DNA of 32,000 bases from Mucisphaera calidilacus (GTDB lineage: Bacteria; Planctomycetota; Phycisphaerae; Phycisphaerales; Phycisphaeraceae), in contig NZ_CP036280.1 of NCBI RefSeq assembly GCF_007748075.1, positions 2,670,001 through 2,702,000 of the forward strand, in the 5' to 3' direction. Made by a program: the position numbers and the translations under genes. The notes beneath the pieces were generated by a model. The model was not told the DNA's origin. It was given only the letters and a program-made list of their open reading frames with translations, and made no database searches. Of this stretch, positions 16,931 through 25,640 are shown piece by piece. Position 1 is the stretch's first letter. Each line of letters starts with the position of its first letter.

Positions 16931-16949
16931 CCCCGTGGAGGGGAGAAGA

Positions 16950-17144
16950 TCAACACGCATCAGGAACCGGAATCTCAAGGTGATGGCAGACACGCGTCAC
17001 CGTGTCGCTGCTCAGCGGACTCCGCACGCCGCGCGACTCGAAGGCCGAAACCCGCTGCCGACGGGTCACGAGAACCTTGCCGCAGAACTCCGAACACTCG
17101 CAGTCGTGTTCACGCAGATACGCCAGAAACGTCTTACGGGCCAT
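16950..17144 (-). CDS. hypothetical 64-aa Cys/His-containing protein
   Basis: Track ORF 16950-17288 trimmed to ATG 17144, which has GGAGG 7 nt upstream; the longer form would overlap the mnmA 3' end. Sequence is MARKTFLAYLREHDCECSEFCGKVLVTRRQRVSAFESRGVRSPLSSDTVTRVCHHLEIPVPDAC. Confidence 0.6.
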   Translation of the reverse strand: MARKTFLAYLREHDCECSEFCGKVLVTRRQRVSAFESRGVRSPLSSDTVTRVCHHLEIPVPDAC

Positions 17145-17211
17145 GGTGGATACCTCCAATAAGGGTGCTTCAAAAACCATGGCCGGAGCGTAATCACAAC
17201 CCCAACGAGTC

Positions 17212-17233
17212 CGGTGACAGCCTTGTGTCACCG
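17212..17233 (-). terminator. stem-loop 30 nt downstream of the mnmA stop (possible terminator, no U-tract)
   Basis: cggtgaca-gccttg-tgtcaccg: 8-bp stem with a 6-nt loop. Confidence 0.3.
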
Positions 17234-17262
17234 AGTCGATCCTCCCCCAGGAAAAGTCAGTT

Positions 17263-18381
17263 TCATGCGCTGACCGGCAACGCCTCACGGATCCAGCCCC
17301 CGCCGAGAACCAGATCCTCGCGGTAACACACCACCGCCTGCCCAGGCGTCACCGCCTCGACCGGCTCCGCGAACCGCACCTCAATCTCGTCCTCCGCCCG
17401 GAAACAAACGCGGGCCGGCACAGCCGACGAGTTGTACCGGATCTTCACGTCACAGCGCTCAAAACCCGAAGGCCGCATCGACTCGTGCCAGGTGATCTGA
17501 TCCGCCACGGCCCCCGATGCCAACAGATGCTCCCGCCCGCCAACCGTCACCGTGTTCGACTCCGGCCGCTTATCCACGACATAAATCGGATACCCCAGCG
17601 CCAGGTTCAGCCCACGACGCTGACCGATCGTGAAGTGCTGGTGCCCCGGGTGCTCGCCTAGATCCTTCCCCTCCGTGTCGACGATCCGCCCCGACGCCAC
17701 CTCACCCGGCTCCGACCGCTGCGTCACCAGGCGGGCATAGTCGTTGTCCGGCACAAAACAGATCTCCTGGCTGTCGGGCTTGTTGAACACCGGCAACCCA
17801 GCCTGCTCCGCGATCCGACGCGTCTCGTCCTTCTGCAGTCCACCGATCGGCAGCAGCATCTGCGCCCGACGATGCTCATCAGCACCAAAGAGCACGTAGC
17901 TCTGGTCCTTCCGCCGATCCAGACCGCGACGCAACCTCGCCCCCCCGCTCGACCGGTCGATCCGGGCGTAATGCCCCGAGGCCACAAAGTCGGCATCGAT
18001 CGAACGGGCATAATCGTGGAGCTTGCCGAACTTGAGCCAGTCGTTGCAGCGCACACACGGGTTCGGCGTGCGCCCCGCGTGGTACTCACGCACAAAGTGG
18101 TCGATGATCCGCCCGAAATCATCCTTGAAATTCAGCACGTAAAACGGAATACCCAGAATCGCAGCGACGTGACGAGCATCCGCCGCGTCATTCACCGAAC
18201 AGCAACCCTGCTTACGCGAGCCCGACGTGTCACACGCCTCCGGCTCAGGCGACTCCGACCCCAGCCGCATGAAACAGCCGACGACCTCGTAACCGTCCTC
18301 AAGCAGCAACGCCGCGGCAGCAGAACTGTCCACGCCGCCCGACATCGCCAGCACAACCTTTTTTCCGGTTCCAACAGCCAT
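17263..18381 (-). CDS. mnmA: tRNA-specific 2-thiouridylase MnmA
   Basis: N-terminus is MAVGTGKKVVLAMSGGVDSSAAAALLLEDGYEVVGCFMRL (PP-loop SGGVDS); also GRTPNPCVRCN and KDQSYVLF motifs. I prefer ATG 18381 over the adjacent GTG 18384 of the track. Confidence 0.95.
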   Translation of the reverse strand: MAVGTGKKVVLAMSGGVDSSAAAALLLEDGYEVVGCFMRLGSESPEPEACDTSGSRKQGCCSVNDAADARHVAAILGIPFYVLNFKDDFGRIIDHFVREYHAGRTPNPCVRCNDWLKFGKLHDYARSIDADFVASGHYARIDRSSGGARLRRGLDRRKDQSYVLFGADEHRRAQMLLPIGGLQKDETRRIAEQAGLPVFNKPDSQEICFVPDNDYARLVTQRSEPGEVASGRIVDTEGKDLGEHPGHQHFTIGQRRGLNLALGYPIYVVDKRPESNTVTVGGREHLLASGAVADQITWHESMRPSGFERCDVKIRYNSSAVPARVCFRAEDEIEVRFAEPVEAVTPGQAVVCYREDLVLGGGWIREALPVSA

Positions 18382-18387
18382 CACCAG

Positions 18388-18393
18388 ATCATA
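18388..18393 (-). promoter_or_regulatory. -10-like hexamer TATGAT, 6 nt before ATG 18381 (leaderless candidate)
   Basis: The minus strand reads gatcTATGATctggtgATGgct, with no Shine-Dalgarno. Confidence 0.45.
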
Positions 18394-18611
18394 GATCAGA
18401 GTTCACCGAATGCCTCGTCCAGACCCAATCTCCGGGGCGCGTGGGTGAATCAATCCATAAAAAGGTTAGGATAGTAGCTTGAGAACCTCTAGGCGGATGC
18501 AAGAGTTGTCACCCACCGACGACCCTCCAGAGTCCGCCCGGCCCGCTGTGTAGCGTGTCGAAACCGTTTTACCGAGCGCCGCACCCGCGGCGTCACAACA
18601 GGAGACCGCCC

Positions 18612-20420
18612 ATGTTGTCCCGCCGCAACGCTCGTACGCTGGCCTTCACCGGCTCACTGCTCGCAGCAGCACTCGCACCCGCCTCCAGCCTGCTCGCGCA
18701 AACCCCCGCTGAACTGGTTCCCGAAGGCGCTCACATCGCCGTCATCGTGCCCGGACTCGACCAGATCGAAGAGAAGATGGCACGCGTCGAAGACGCCCTG
18801 CCCATGGTCCCCCTCGATGACCTCTACGAGGGCATCGACGCCATGCGCGAACTCGTCGGGCCGGCCTACCAGGGCGATCAGCCCGCCGTCATCGTGATCC
18901 CCAGCGTCGTCACCTTCCCCATGAGCGCCCAGATGGGCCAGCCCGCCATGGTCATCCTCGCACCGGTCAAGGACTACACCCAGTTCGTCGAGCGGATGGG
19001 CGGCTCCGCCGTCGAAGAGATCGCCGAGATCCAGCCGCCCGACAGCCCCCCCATGTTCGCCAAGCAGTTCGGCGACTACGCCGCCATCAGCCCCAACAAG
19101 CGCGCCCTGCAGAGCTATGAGCCAGGCGGCAACGACTCACCCCTCGACGGCCAACTCACAGGCAGCCTCGACGAGATGGTCACCGGCGACTCCGCCTGCT
19201 TCTACGTCAACTTCGAAGACCTCGGACCCGCCGTGCTCCCCATGTTCGAGATGGGCGCCGAGGGCGTCATCGCCCAGGCCGAAATGCAGCTGAGCATGTC
19301 CGATCTCGACGACGAAGTCATCGACGCACAGATCGGCAACCTCCGCGTCGGCATCGCCATGGTCTCGACGATCCTGCGCGACGGCAAAGCCCTGCTCCTC
19401 GGCCTCGACTTCAGCGACGACGCCGTCGCCTTCGACTTCGGCTTCCAGATGCGCAGCGGATCCACCATGGCCGGATACTTCCCCGGCGGCGGCGACCTCG
19501 ACGGCGCCATCGGCAAGATGCCCAACCGTCCCGTGATGGTCGCCAGCACCTTCGACAACCGAGCCATCCGCGTCGGCGACATGCTCAAGGCCATGCTCGA
19601 AATCGCGCCCGAAATGGAAACCCTCATGGTCGGCCACGAGCACTGGATGCCCATCTACGACAGCATGAAACGCTACAGCTACAGCGTCTACGCACCGGGC
19701 AACGAAGCGACCGGCGGCTTCCTCCAGGCCGTCGCACGCATCGAAACCGATGACGCCGACGCCATGAAACAGAACGTCCTCGACACCTTCGAGGCCATGG
19801 ACGGCTACGAGGTCCCCACCATGCCCGAGGGCCAGATGATGAGCTACACCACCTCCCAGCGAACCAATGCCGGTGAGGTCGAAGGCGTCAGCTACGACCA
19901 ATTCTCCATAACCATGGAAATGCCGCCCGCACTCGTCGAACAGATGGGACCCATGGCCGGCTTCCTCACCATGATGGCCAACCAGAGCGGCTTCCTCGCC
20001 GCCGACAACGACGCCGTGATCACAACCACCGTCCCCGATGAAGCCCTGCTGGGCGAGGCGATCCGAGCCAGCCGTGACGGCAGCGACGACCCCGAACTCT
20101 TCGTCAACGCGCGCAGCAACGCCCTGCCCGACAACCTCGCCTTCGAAGCCTTCGTCAGCGTGCAGGGCATCGGCGCCGCTGCCAACAACTTCTCCGCCAT
20201 GACCGGTGCCCAGCCCATCGTCGTCCCCGCAGACCTCCCACCCATCTCCATGGGCCTTGGCGTCGACGACGACGCCATGCACTACCGCGCTCACATCCCC
20301 TTCGAGACCGTCATCTACCTCTCAACAGAAGCACAGGGCATGATGAACGACGTCATGGGCGGCATGCCCGACGAACAGGAACTCATGCCGCAAGGCGACA
20401 CACCCCGCGCTCCCTTCTGA
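18612..20420 (+). CDS. hypothetical secreted protein, acidic and Met-rich (602 aa)
   Basis: Track ORF 18555-20420 trimmed to ATG 18612, which has GGAGA 6 nt upstream. Signal peptide is MLSRRNARTLAFTGSLLAAALAPASSLLAQ. I count 44 Met and 1 Cys, with many Asp/Glu. I recognise no family. A strong intrinsic terminator follows. Confidence 0.8.
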   Translation: MLSRRNARTLAFTGSLLAAALAPASSLLAQTPAELVPEGAHIAVIVPGLDQIEEKMARVEDALPMVPLDDLYEGIDAMRELVGPAYQGDQPAVIVIPSVVTFPMSAQMGQPAMVILAPVKDYTQFVERMGGSAVEEIAEIQPPDSPPMFAKQFGDYAAISPNKRALQSYEPGGNDSPLDGQLTGSLDEMVTGDSACFYVNFEDLGPAVLPMFEMGAEGVIAQAEMQLSMSDLDDEVIDAQIGNLRVGIAMVSTILRDGKALLLGLDFSDDAVAFDFGFQMRSGSTMAGYFPGGGDLDGAIGKMPNRPVMVASTFDNRAIRVGDMLKAMLEIAPEMETLMVGHEHWMPIYDSMKRYSYSVYAPGNEATGGFLQAVARIETDDADAMKQNVLDTFEAMDGYEVPTMPEGQMMSYTTSQRTNAGEVEGVSYDQFSITMEMPPALVEQMGPMAGFLTMMANQSGFLAADNDAVITTTVPDEALLGEAIRASRDGSDDPELFVNARSNALPDNLAFEAFVSVQGIGAAANNFSAMTGAQPIVVPADLPPISMGLGVDDDAMHYRAHIPFETVIYLSTEAQGMMNDVMGGMPDEQELMPQGDTPRAPF

Positions 20421-20467
20421 GCACGTTACGTCGCGATAACAACGGTTATCACCCCTGAATGAGGGTC

Positions 20468-20508
20468 AACCCGTATGCATTCCGCCGCGAATGCATACGG
20501 GTTTTTTT
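20468..20508 (+). terminator. rho-independent terminator
   Basis: aacccgtatgcattc-cgccgc-gaatgcatacgggtt: 15-bp perfect stem, 6-nt loop, running into a T7 tract. It starts 48 nt after the stop at 20420. Confidence 0.88.
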
Positions 20509-20623
20509 GGGAGGATTGCCCCAAGCATCCGGTAATACGCGGCCTGTAACACCACCAGAGCTTCCAGCACATATTCAGGCCAACTCGCCCAGGCCGTTTC
20601 GCCACCAGACTCAACACACTGTT

Positions 20624-20641
20624 ATCCCCAGATCTGGGGAT
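20624..20641. promoter_or_regulatory. 18-nt perfect palindrome ATCCCCAGA-TCTGGGGAT (candidate operator)
   Basis: Read directly from the sequence; it lies 73 nt upstream of the MCP start codon. Confidence 0.35.
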
Positions 20642-20713
20642 GCCGATCCATGCTCCAGATCAACAGAGCACGCCTGTGCCTGCTCGTTCTGAGACCCCGC
20701 TGAGGAGCTGGAC

Positions 20714-23032
20714 ATGTCCCCGATCGACCGAATCATCTCGCGTTGCCACCCCCGTCTGCTCGCGACTTCTTTGCTGTCGCTCGTCCTCTTTGCCCTCCTG
20801 ACACCGACGGCCCACGCGGCAGGCGACGCCTCAGCCGCCTACGAGCAGTGGAGCCAGAAGCTCGGTGCCTCAGGCGAATTCCAGGCCCCGGAACCCACCT
20901 GGGCCGAACACCCCGAATACGGACTCGCCGCGGCCAACGCCGTCGAACTCGAACCGCTCCATGTTGCCGACTTCAGCATCACACTCAGCGCCACATTGTG
21001 GGTCGCCACCGCCATCGCAGCCGTACTGACCCTCCTCATCGCCGGATACCTCGGCAAGATCCAACGCTCCGACGGCTCCCAGGGCTGGGGTTTCACGCTG
21101 GGCACCAAGCTCTCCCTCGCCATGGGCACCATGACCACCCTCATCCTCATCATCAGCAGCCTCGCGATCACCAGCCTCTACCAGATCGAGAAGAACGAGG
21201 CGCGACTCACCCGAGCCAACAGCATCCTCGAAAACCTCAACAAGATCGAGATCGAACTGCTCAACACACGCATCGTCAGCCAGCGCTTCCTCCGCGACAA
21301 CGACAACACCAGCCTGGAAGACTACACCGCCGAACTCGGTGGCGTGCAGGGCCGCCTCAACAAGATCGCCGACGAAGTCGTCACCGACGAGCAGACCGCG
21401 CAGATCGAGCAGATCCGCACCGCACTCGCGCAGTACGATTCCGCCTTCGCGCAGGTCGTCCGCAAGGCCGACGAGCGCGACAGCACCTACCGCCAACTCG
21501 CCGCCACCGGCTGGCGCGTCCTCGACCTGCTCGCAGCCATCAAGGAGACCGCCGAGGTCGAAGACAATCAGCGCACCGCCATGGTCGCCGCCGAAACCCT
21601 CAACGAGATCGCCGTCGCACGCATCTCCGTCATGAAATTCGTCGATACCCACGACCTCGCATGGATTGATCGGGCCAACGAGCACTTCGCCACAGCCGCC
21701 TCCGGCCTCAGGAACCTCATCCAGACTGAGTCCAACGCCACGCGTCGATCCTGGCTCGTCGAGGCAAACGACGGCATCGGTTTCTACGTCCAGAACCTGG
21801 TCACCTACGGACAACACGTCTCCCAGGGAGACGACATCATCCTCGGCCAGCTCGACGTCCTCGGCCCCCAGATCCTCGAAGCAGGACGCCAGATGGCCGC
21901 CGAGTCCGCGCAAACCGCCCACCACATCCATGATGATGAAGAAGCCCTCTTCGCCTCCATCACCGGCTGGACCATCGCCGGCAGCGTCGTCGCCATCGTC
22001 CTCGCCGTCGCCATCGCCTTCCTGCTCATCACGAGCATCACCAGCGTCGTCACCCGGCTGCTCGCAACCGTCCGCGCCATCGCCGCAGGCGACCTCAGCC
22101 AGCCGCTGCTCGAACCCAAAGGCCGCGACGAACTCGCCTCCCTCGGCCGCGCCGCCGACACCATGACCCAGTCCCTGCGTCAGCTCATCGGCGAGGTCAA
22201 GGAATCGGCCGAGGCCGTCAACGTCGGCGCCTCCCAGATCGCCACCGCCTCCGAAGAGATCTCCAAGGGCCTCCTCGAACAGAACGACCAGGTCGTCCAG
22301 GTCTCCGCGTCGATCGAGCAGATGTCCGCCTCCATCGTCGAGGTCGCACGCAAGTCAGGCGACGCCTCCGGCGCCGCCGACGAAGCCGGACGCATGGCCG
22401 AGCAGGGCGGCGAGGTCGTCCACGAAACCATCGGCGGCATGAACACCATCAACGAAACCGTCTCCGACTCATCCAAGTCGGTCACCGAACTCGGCAAACG
22501 CGGCGCACAGATCGGCGAGGTCATCACCGTCATCAACGACATCGCCGACCAGACCAACCTCCTCGCTCTCAACGCCGCCATCGAGGCCGCACGCGCCGGC
22601 GAGCACGGACGAGGATTCGCCGTCGTCGCCGACGAGGTCCGCAAACTCGCCGACCGTACCACCAAGGCCACCGAGGAAATCGGCGACTCCATCGAGGCCA
22701 TCCAGACCGAGACCGAATCCGCCGTCGTCAAGATGGGACGCGGCACCGAACAGGTCGAAGTCGGCGTCACCAAGGCAACCTCGGCCGGCGAAAGCCTCGA
22801 AAAGATCGTCACCGCCTCACGCGAGGTCGCCGGCATGATCCAGTCCATCGCCGCCGCCGCCGAGCAGCAGTCCTCCGCCAGCGAAGAGGTCTCGCGGAGC
22901 GTCAGCTCCATCCGTGGCATCGCCGAGGAATCCAGCCGCGGCGCCGATCAGGCCGCCCAGGCCGCCACCTCACTCACGCAGAAGTCCGAGCGGCTCAACG
23001 ACCTCGTCTCCAAATTCAGACTCGCCGCCTGA
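20714..23032 (+). CDS. methyl-accepting chemotaxis protein
   Basis: 772 aa, with GAGGAG 6 nt upstream. It has a HAMP region ([22 protein letters not shown]...[12 protein letters not shown]). The highly conserved signalling hairpin [40 protein letters not shown] is present. A ~250-aa helical periplasmic sensor region is flanked by TM helices. Confidence 0.95.
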   Translation: MSPIDRIISRCHPRLLATSLLSLVLFALLTPTAHAAGDASAAYEQWSQKLGASGEFQAPEPTWAEHPEYGLAAANAVELEPLHVADFSITLSATLWVATAIAAVLTLLIAGYLGKIQRSDGSQGWGFTLGTKLSLAMGTMTTLILIISSLAITSLYQIEKNEARLTRANSILENLNKIEIELLNTRIVSQRFLRDNDNTSLEDYTAELGGVQGRLNKIADEVVTDEQTAQIEQIRTALAQYDSAFAQVVRKADERDSTYRQLAATGWRVLDLLAAIKETAEVEDNQRTAMVAAETLNEIAVARISVMKFVDTHDLAWIDRANEHFATAASGLRNLIQTESNATRRSWLVEANDGIGFYVQNLVTYGQHVSQGDDIILGQLDVLGPQILEAGRQMAAESAQTAHHIHDDEEALFASITGWTIAGSVVAIVLAVAIAFLLITSITSVVTRLLATVRAIAAGDLSQPLLEPKGRDELASLGRAADTMTQSLRQLIGEVKESAEAVNVGASQIATASEEISKGLLEQNDQVVQVSASIEQMSASIVEVARKSGDASGAADEAGRMAEQGGEVVHETIGGMNTINETVSDSSKSVTELGKRGAQIGEVITVINDIADQTNLLALNAAIEAARAGEHGRGFAVVADEVRKLADRTTKATEEIGDSIEAIQTETESAVVKMGRGTEQVEVGVTKATSAGESLEKIVTASREVAGMIQSIAAAAEQQSSASEEVSRSVSSIRGIAEESSRGADQAAQAATSLTQKSERLNDLVSKFRLAA

Positions 23033-23060
23033 GCCCCACCCCCATCTCCGCACATCGCCT

Positions 23061-23097
23061 GCGGTAGAGGCCCCCAGCGGCCTCTGCCGCTTTTTTT
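23061..23097 (+). terminator. rho-independent terminator
   Basis: gcggtagaggcc-cccagc-ggcctctgccgc: 12-bp stem with one G-U pair, followed by T7. It starts 29 nt after the MCP stop. Confidence 0.8.
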
Positions 23098-23125
23098 ACG
23101 CCCCGCCCCGGCCCCACCGGCCTGC

Positions 23126-23131
23126 TACATT
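23126..23131 (+). promoter_or_regulatory. -10-like hexamer TACATT with TGn extension, 6 nt before ATG 23138 (leaderless candidate)
   Basis: Sequence is cTGcTACATTgtcccgATG, with no Shine-Dalgarno. Confidence 0.45.
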
Positions 23132-23137
23132 GTCCCG

Positions 23138-24469
23138 ATGCCCACGAACGTCCTGATCATCGGTGCCGGCGGCCGCGAACACGCCATCGGCTGGAAACTC
23201 GCCAAGTCCAAACGCTGCGGCAACCTCTTCTTCGCCCCGGGCAACGGGGGAACCGCCGCACTCGGCAAGAACCTCGACCTCGCCGTCGACAAGGTCGATA
23301 CCCGCACCGTCGACGAGATCGACTACTTCTGCCGCAAGAACAACGTCTCACTCATCGTCGTCGGACCCGAAGACCCTCTCGCCGCCGGTCTCGTCGACAA
23401 GCTCAAGCGAACCCCCGGCGCCAAGGAGCGACGCGTCTTCGGACCCATCGCCGAGGCCGCCCGACTCGAAGCCGACAAGGCCTGGTCCAAGCAGCTCATG
23501 CGCGCCTGCTCGGTCCCCACCGCCGACGCCAAGACCTTCACCGACTACGAAGCCGCCCGCGCCTACTGCGAGGCCCGCGAACTGCCCGTCGTCGTCAAGG
23601 CCTCAGGACTCGCCAAGGGCAAAGGCGTCATCGTCTGCGACGACAACAAAGAAGCCGTCAAGGCCGTCGAAACCATCATGAAGGACCGCGCCTTCGGCGA
23701 GGCAGGCGACGCCATCGTCGTCGAGGAACGACTCGTCGGGCAGGAAGTCTCCATCCTCGCCCTCGTCGACGGACAGAACATCTACGTCCTCGAACCCGCC
23801 CAGGACCACAAGCCCATCGGCGAAGGCGACACCGGGCCCAACACCGGCGGGATGGGCGCCTACACCCCCACACCCGTCATCGACGACGCCACCATGACCC
23901 TCGTCGAAACCGAAGTCCTCGTCCCCATCGTCGACGCCATGCGACGAAGCGACATCGACTTCAAAGGCGTCCTCTACGCCGGCCTCATGCTCACCGCCGG
24001 CGGCCCCAAGGTCCTCGAGTTCAACTGCCGCTTCGGCGACCCCGAAACTCAACCCCTCATGATGCGCATGCAAGGCGACCTGCTCGACCTCCTCGAAGCC
24101 ACCTGCGACGGAAAACTCGACCAGGTCCAGATCAACTGGGACCAACGCTGCTGCACCAGCGTCGTCATGTCCTCCGGCGGATACCCCGGCAAGTACGAAA
24201 CCGGCATCCCCATCACAGGCATCGAAGAAGCCGAGACCGACCCCGACGTCCGCGTCTTCCACGCCGGCACACGACTCAAAGGCGGCGAACTCCAGACCGC
24301 GGGCGGACGCGTCCTCAACGTCTGCGCCATGGGCAACACCCTCGCCCAAGCCCAGGCCAAAGCCAACGAAGCCTGCGCCAAAATCAGATTCGAAGGCGCC
24401 TACTTCCGCAAGGACATCGGCTCACGCGTGCTCAACCCTAAACAGCACGAAGACCAACCCGTCGGCTAG
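23138..24469 (+). CDS. purD: phosphoribosylamine--glycine ligase
   Basis: 443 aa. N-terminus is MPTNVLIIGAGGREHAIGWKLAKS; the ATP-grasp core is present (VVVKASGLAKGKGV, EFNCRFGDPETQ). Confidence 0.97.
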   Translation: MPTNVLIIGAGGREHAIGWKLAKSKRCGNLFFAPGNGGTAALGKNLDLAVDKVDTRTVDEIDYFCRKNNVSLIVVGPEDPLAAGLVDKLKRTPGAKERRVFGPIAEAARLEADKAWSKQLMRACSVPTADAKTFTDYEAARAYCEARELPVVVKASGLAKGKGVIVCDDNKEAVKAVETIMKDRAFGEAGDAIVVEERLVGQEVSILALVDGQNIYVLEPAQDHKPIGEGDTGPNTGGMGAYTPTPVIDDATMTLVETEVLVPIVDAMRRSDIDFKGVLYAGLMLTAGGPKVLEFNCRFGDPETQPLMMRMQGDLLDLLEATCDGKLDQVQINWDQRCCTSVVMSSGGYPGKYETGIPITGIEEAETDPDVRVFHAGTRLKGGELQTAGGRVLNVCAMGNTLAQAQAKANEACAKIRFEGAYFRKDIGSRVLNPKQHEDQPVG

Positions 24470-24855
24470 TCAAACAACTCCAGCAACCCCGACATCTTCG
24501 GAAGAAAAACGACCAGCCCGACCACCACCGCCGTCAGCGACGCGATCAGCACCGCCGCCGCGCCCAGGTCCTTCGCCTGACCCACCAGCGGGTGCTCCTC
24601 AGCACTCACAGCGTCGCCCAGAATCTCCACCGCCGTGTTCAACGCCTCCGCCGTCCAGACCAGGCCGATCGCCAGCACCACAGCAGCCCATTCGCCCCAC
24701 GACAGACCCAGCAGCAAACCCAACGCGACCACAACGCACGTCGCGAATAGGTGAACCCACGCATTCGGCTGCCCCGCCACCAGCCGGCGCAAACCCGAAG
24801 CCGCATAACCAAAGCTATGCAGCCTGCCTCGGCGCCAGCGGCCGGGTCCCGTCAT
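24466..24855 (-). CDS. dgkA: diacylglycerol kinase family lipid kinase (DgkA type)
   Basis: 129 aa with three TM helices. EALNTAVEILGDAVSAEEHPLVGQAKDLGAAAVLIA aligns with the E. coli DgkA core (EILNSAIEAVVDRIG...AKDMGSAAVLIA). Confidence 0.88.
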   Translation of the reverse strand: MTGPGRWRRGRLHSFGYAASGLRRLVAGQPNAWVHLFATCVVVALGLLLGLSWGEWAAVVLAIGLVWTAEALNTAVEILGDAVSAEEHPLVGQAKDLGAAAVLIASLTAVVVGLVVFLPKMSGLLELFD

Positions 24856-24858
24856 CCG

Positions 24859-25542
24859 TTAACTCGCAGGCTTCTCAGACGGCGAGGGACGAGTCAGCAC
24901 CTCGTCCACCAGGCCGTACTCCGCCGCTTCCTTCGCCGAGAAGAACTTGTCGCGCTCCGAGTCTTCCTCGATCTGCTCGATCTTCTGACCCGTCTGGTCC
25001 GCGAGGATCTGGTTCAGCTCCGCCTTGGTCTTGAGGATTTCCTCGGCCTGGATCTGCACGTCGGTCGTCTGGCCATAAATCCCGCCATAAGGCTGGTGGA
25101 TCATCACCTTCGCGTGCGGCAGACAGTAACGCTTGCCCTTCGCGCCGCAGGCCAGCGTCAACGCACCGCCCGACATCGCCTTGCCGATGCAGTAAGTCGC
25201 CACGTCCGAATCGATGTGGTTCATCGTGTCGATCATCGCCAGCGTGTCGTCCACCGCACCACCAGGCGAGTTGATGTACAGATTGATGTCCACCCCCGGC
25301 TTGGTGTTGTGCAGGTGCAGCAGACGCATGATCACACCCGTCGCGGTGGCGTGGTTGATCTCGCCAACCAGGAAAATCACGCGGTTCTCGAGCAGCAGCT
25401 CATCGATCGTCATCTCGCGATAACGCTGATAAGGCGCCGCCGCACGCGGGTCGAGACGCGCAGGGTCCGCGGCGCCCGAATAGGCACCGCCAACCGATGC
25501 GGCTAGGTGGGGAAGGTAAGGCAGTTGCTGAGGGTCGATCAT
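24859..25542 (-). CDS. clpP: ATP-dependent Clp protease proteolytic subunit
   Basis: Contains LLLENRVIFLVGEINH, YINSPGG, catalytic Ser in GKAMSGGA, His in MIHQP and Asp in SERDKFFSAKEAAEYGLVD. The track start is GTG 25566. I prefer ATG 25542 (GGAG upstream); either gives a ~45-50-aa N-terminal extension. Confidence 0.92.
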   Translation of the reverse strand: MIDPQQLPYLPHLAASVGGAYSGAADPARLDPRAAAPYQRYREMTIDELLLENRVIFLVGEINHATATGVIMRLLHLHNTKPGVDINLYINSPGGAVDDTLAMIDTMNHIDSDVATYCIGKAMSGGALTLACGAKGKRYCLPHAKVMIHQPYGGIYGQTTDVQIQAEEILKTKAELNQILADQTGQKIEQIEEDSERDKFFSAKEAAEYGLVDEVLTRPSPSEKPAS

Positions 25543-25578
25543 CTGGGGCTCACTCCGTGGGAACACGTCAATCAGCGG

Positions 25579-25597
25579 AATCCGTTCGAAACGGATT
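25579..25597. promoter_or_regulatory. inverted repeat AATCCGTT-cga-AACGGATT upstream of clpP
   Basis: Perfect 8-N3-8 inverted repeat in the 74-98-nt gap between the small coiled-coil gene and clpP. It could be an RNA hairpin or an operator. Confidence 0.3.
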
Positions 25598-25640
25598 GTA
25601 AGACGTGACCGATCAAGGTGTCGCCTCGGAGCAATCGACT

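Noticed and set aside
16950-17144. Calling the 64-aa protein a HicA toxin
   Set aside because: The resemblance is only in outline. The conserved G-S-H catalytic region is absent (CGKV instead), and there is no HicB-like partner adjacent. It is left as hypothetical.
20642-20649. GCCGATCC upstream of the MCP gene as a sigma-28 promoter
   Set aside because: It matches only 6/8 of GCCGATAA, and the -35 position reads TATC/TTAT rather than TAAA. It is plausible biologically (MCP genes are often FliA-dependent), but the sequence evidence is too weak to call.
20669-20684. aGGCACaggcgTGCTc on the minus strand, sigma-54-like
   Set aside because: The GG-to-GC spacing is one nt short. It also points away from any gene start, into the terminator of the upstream gene.
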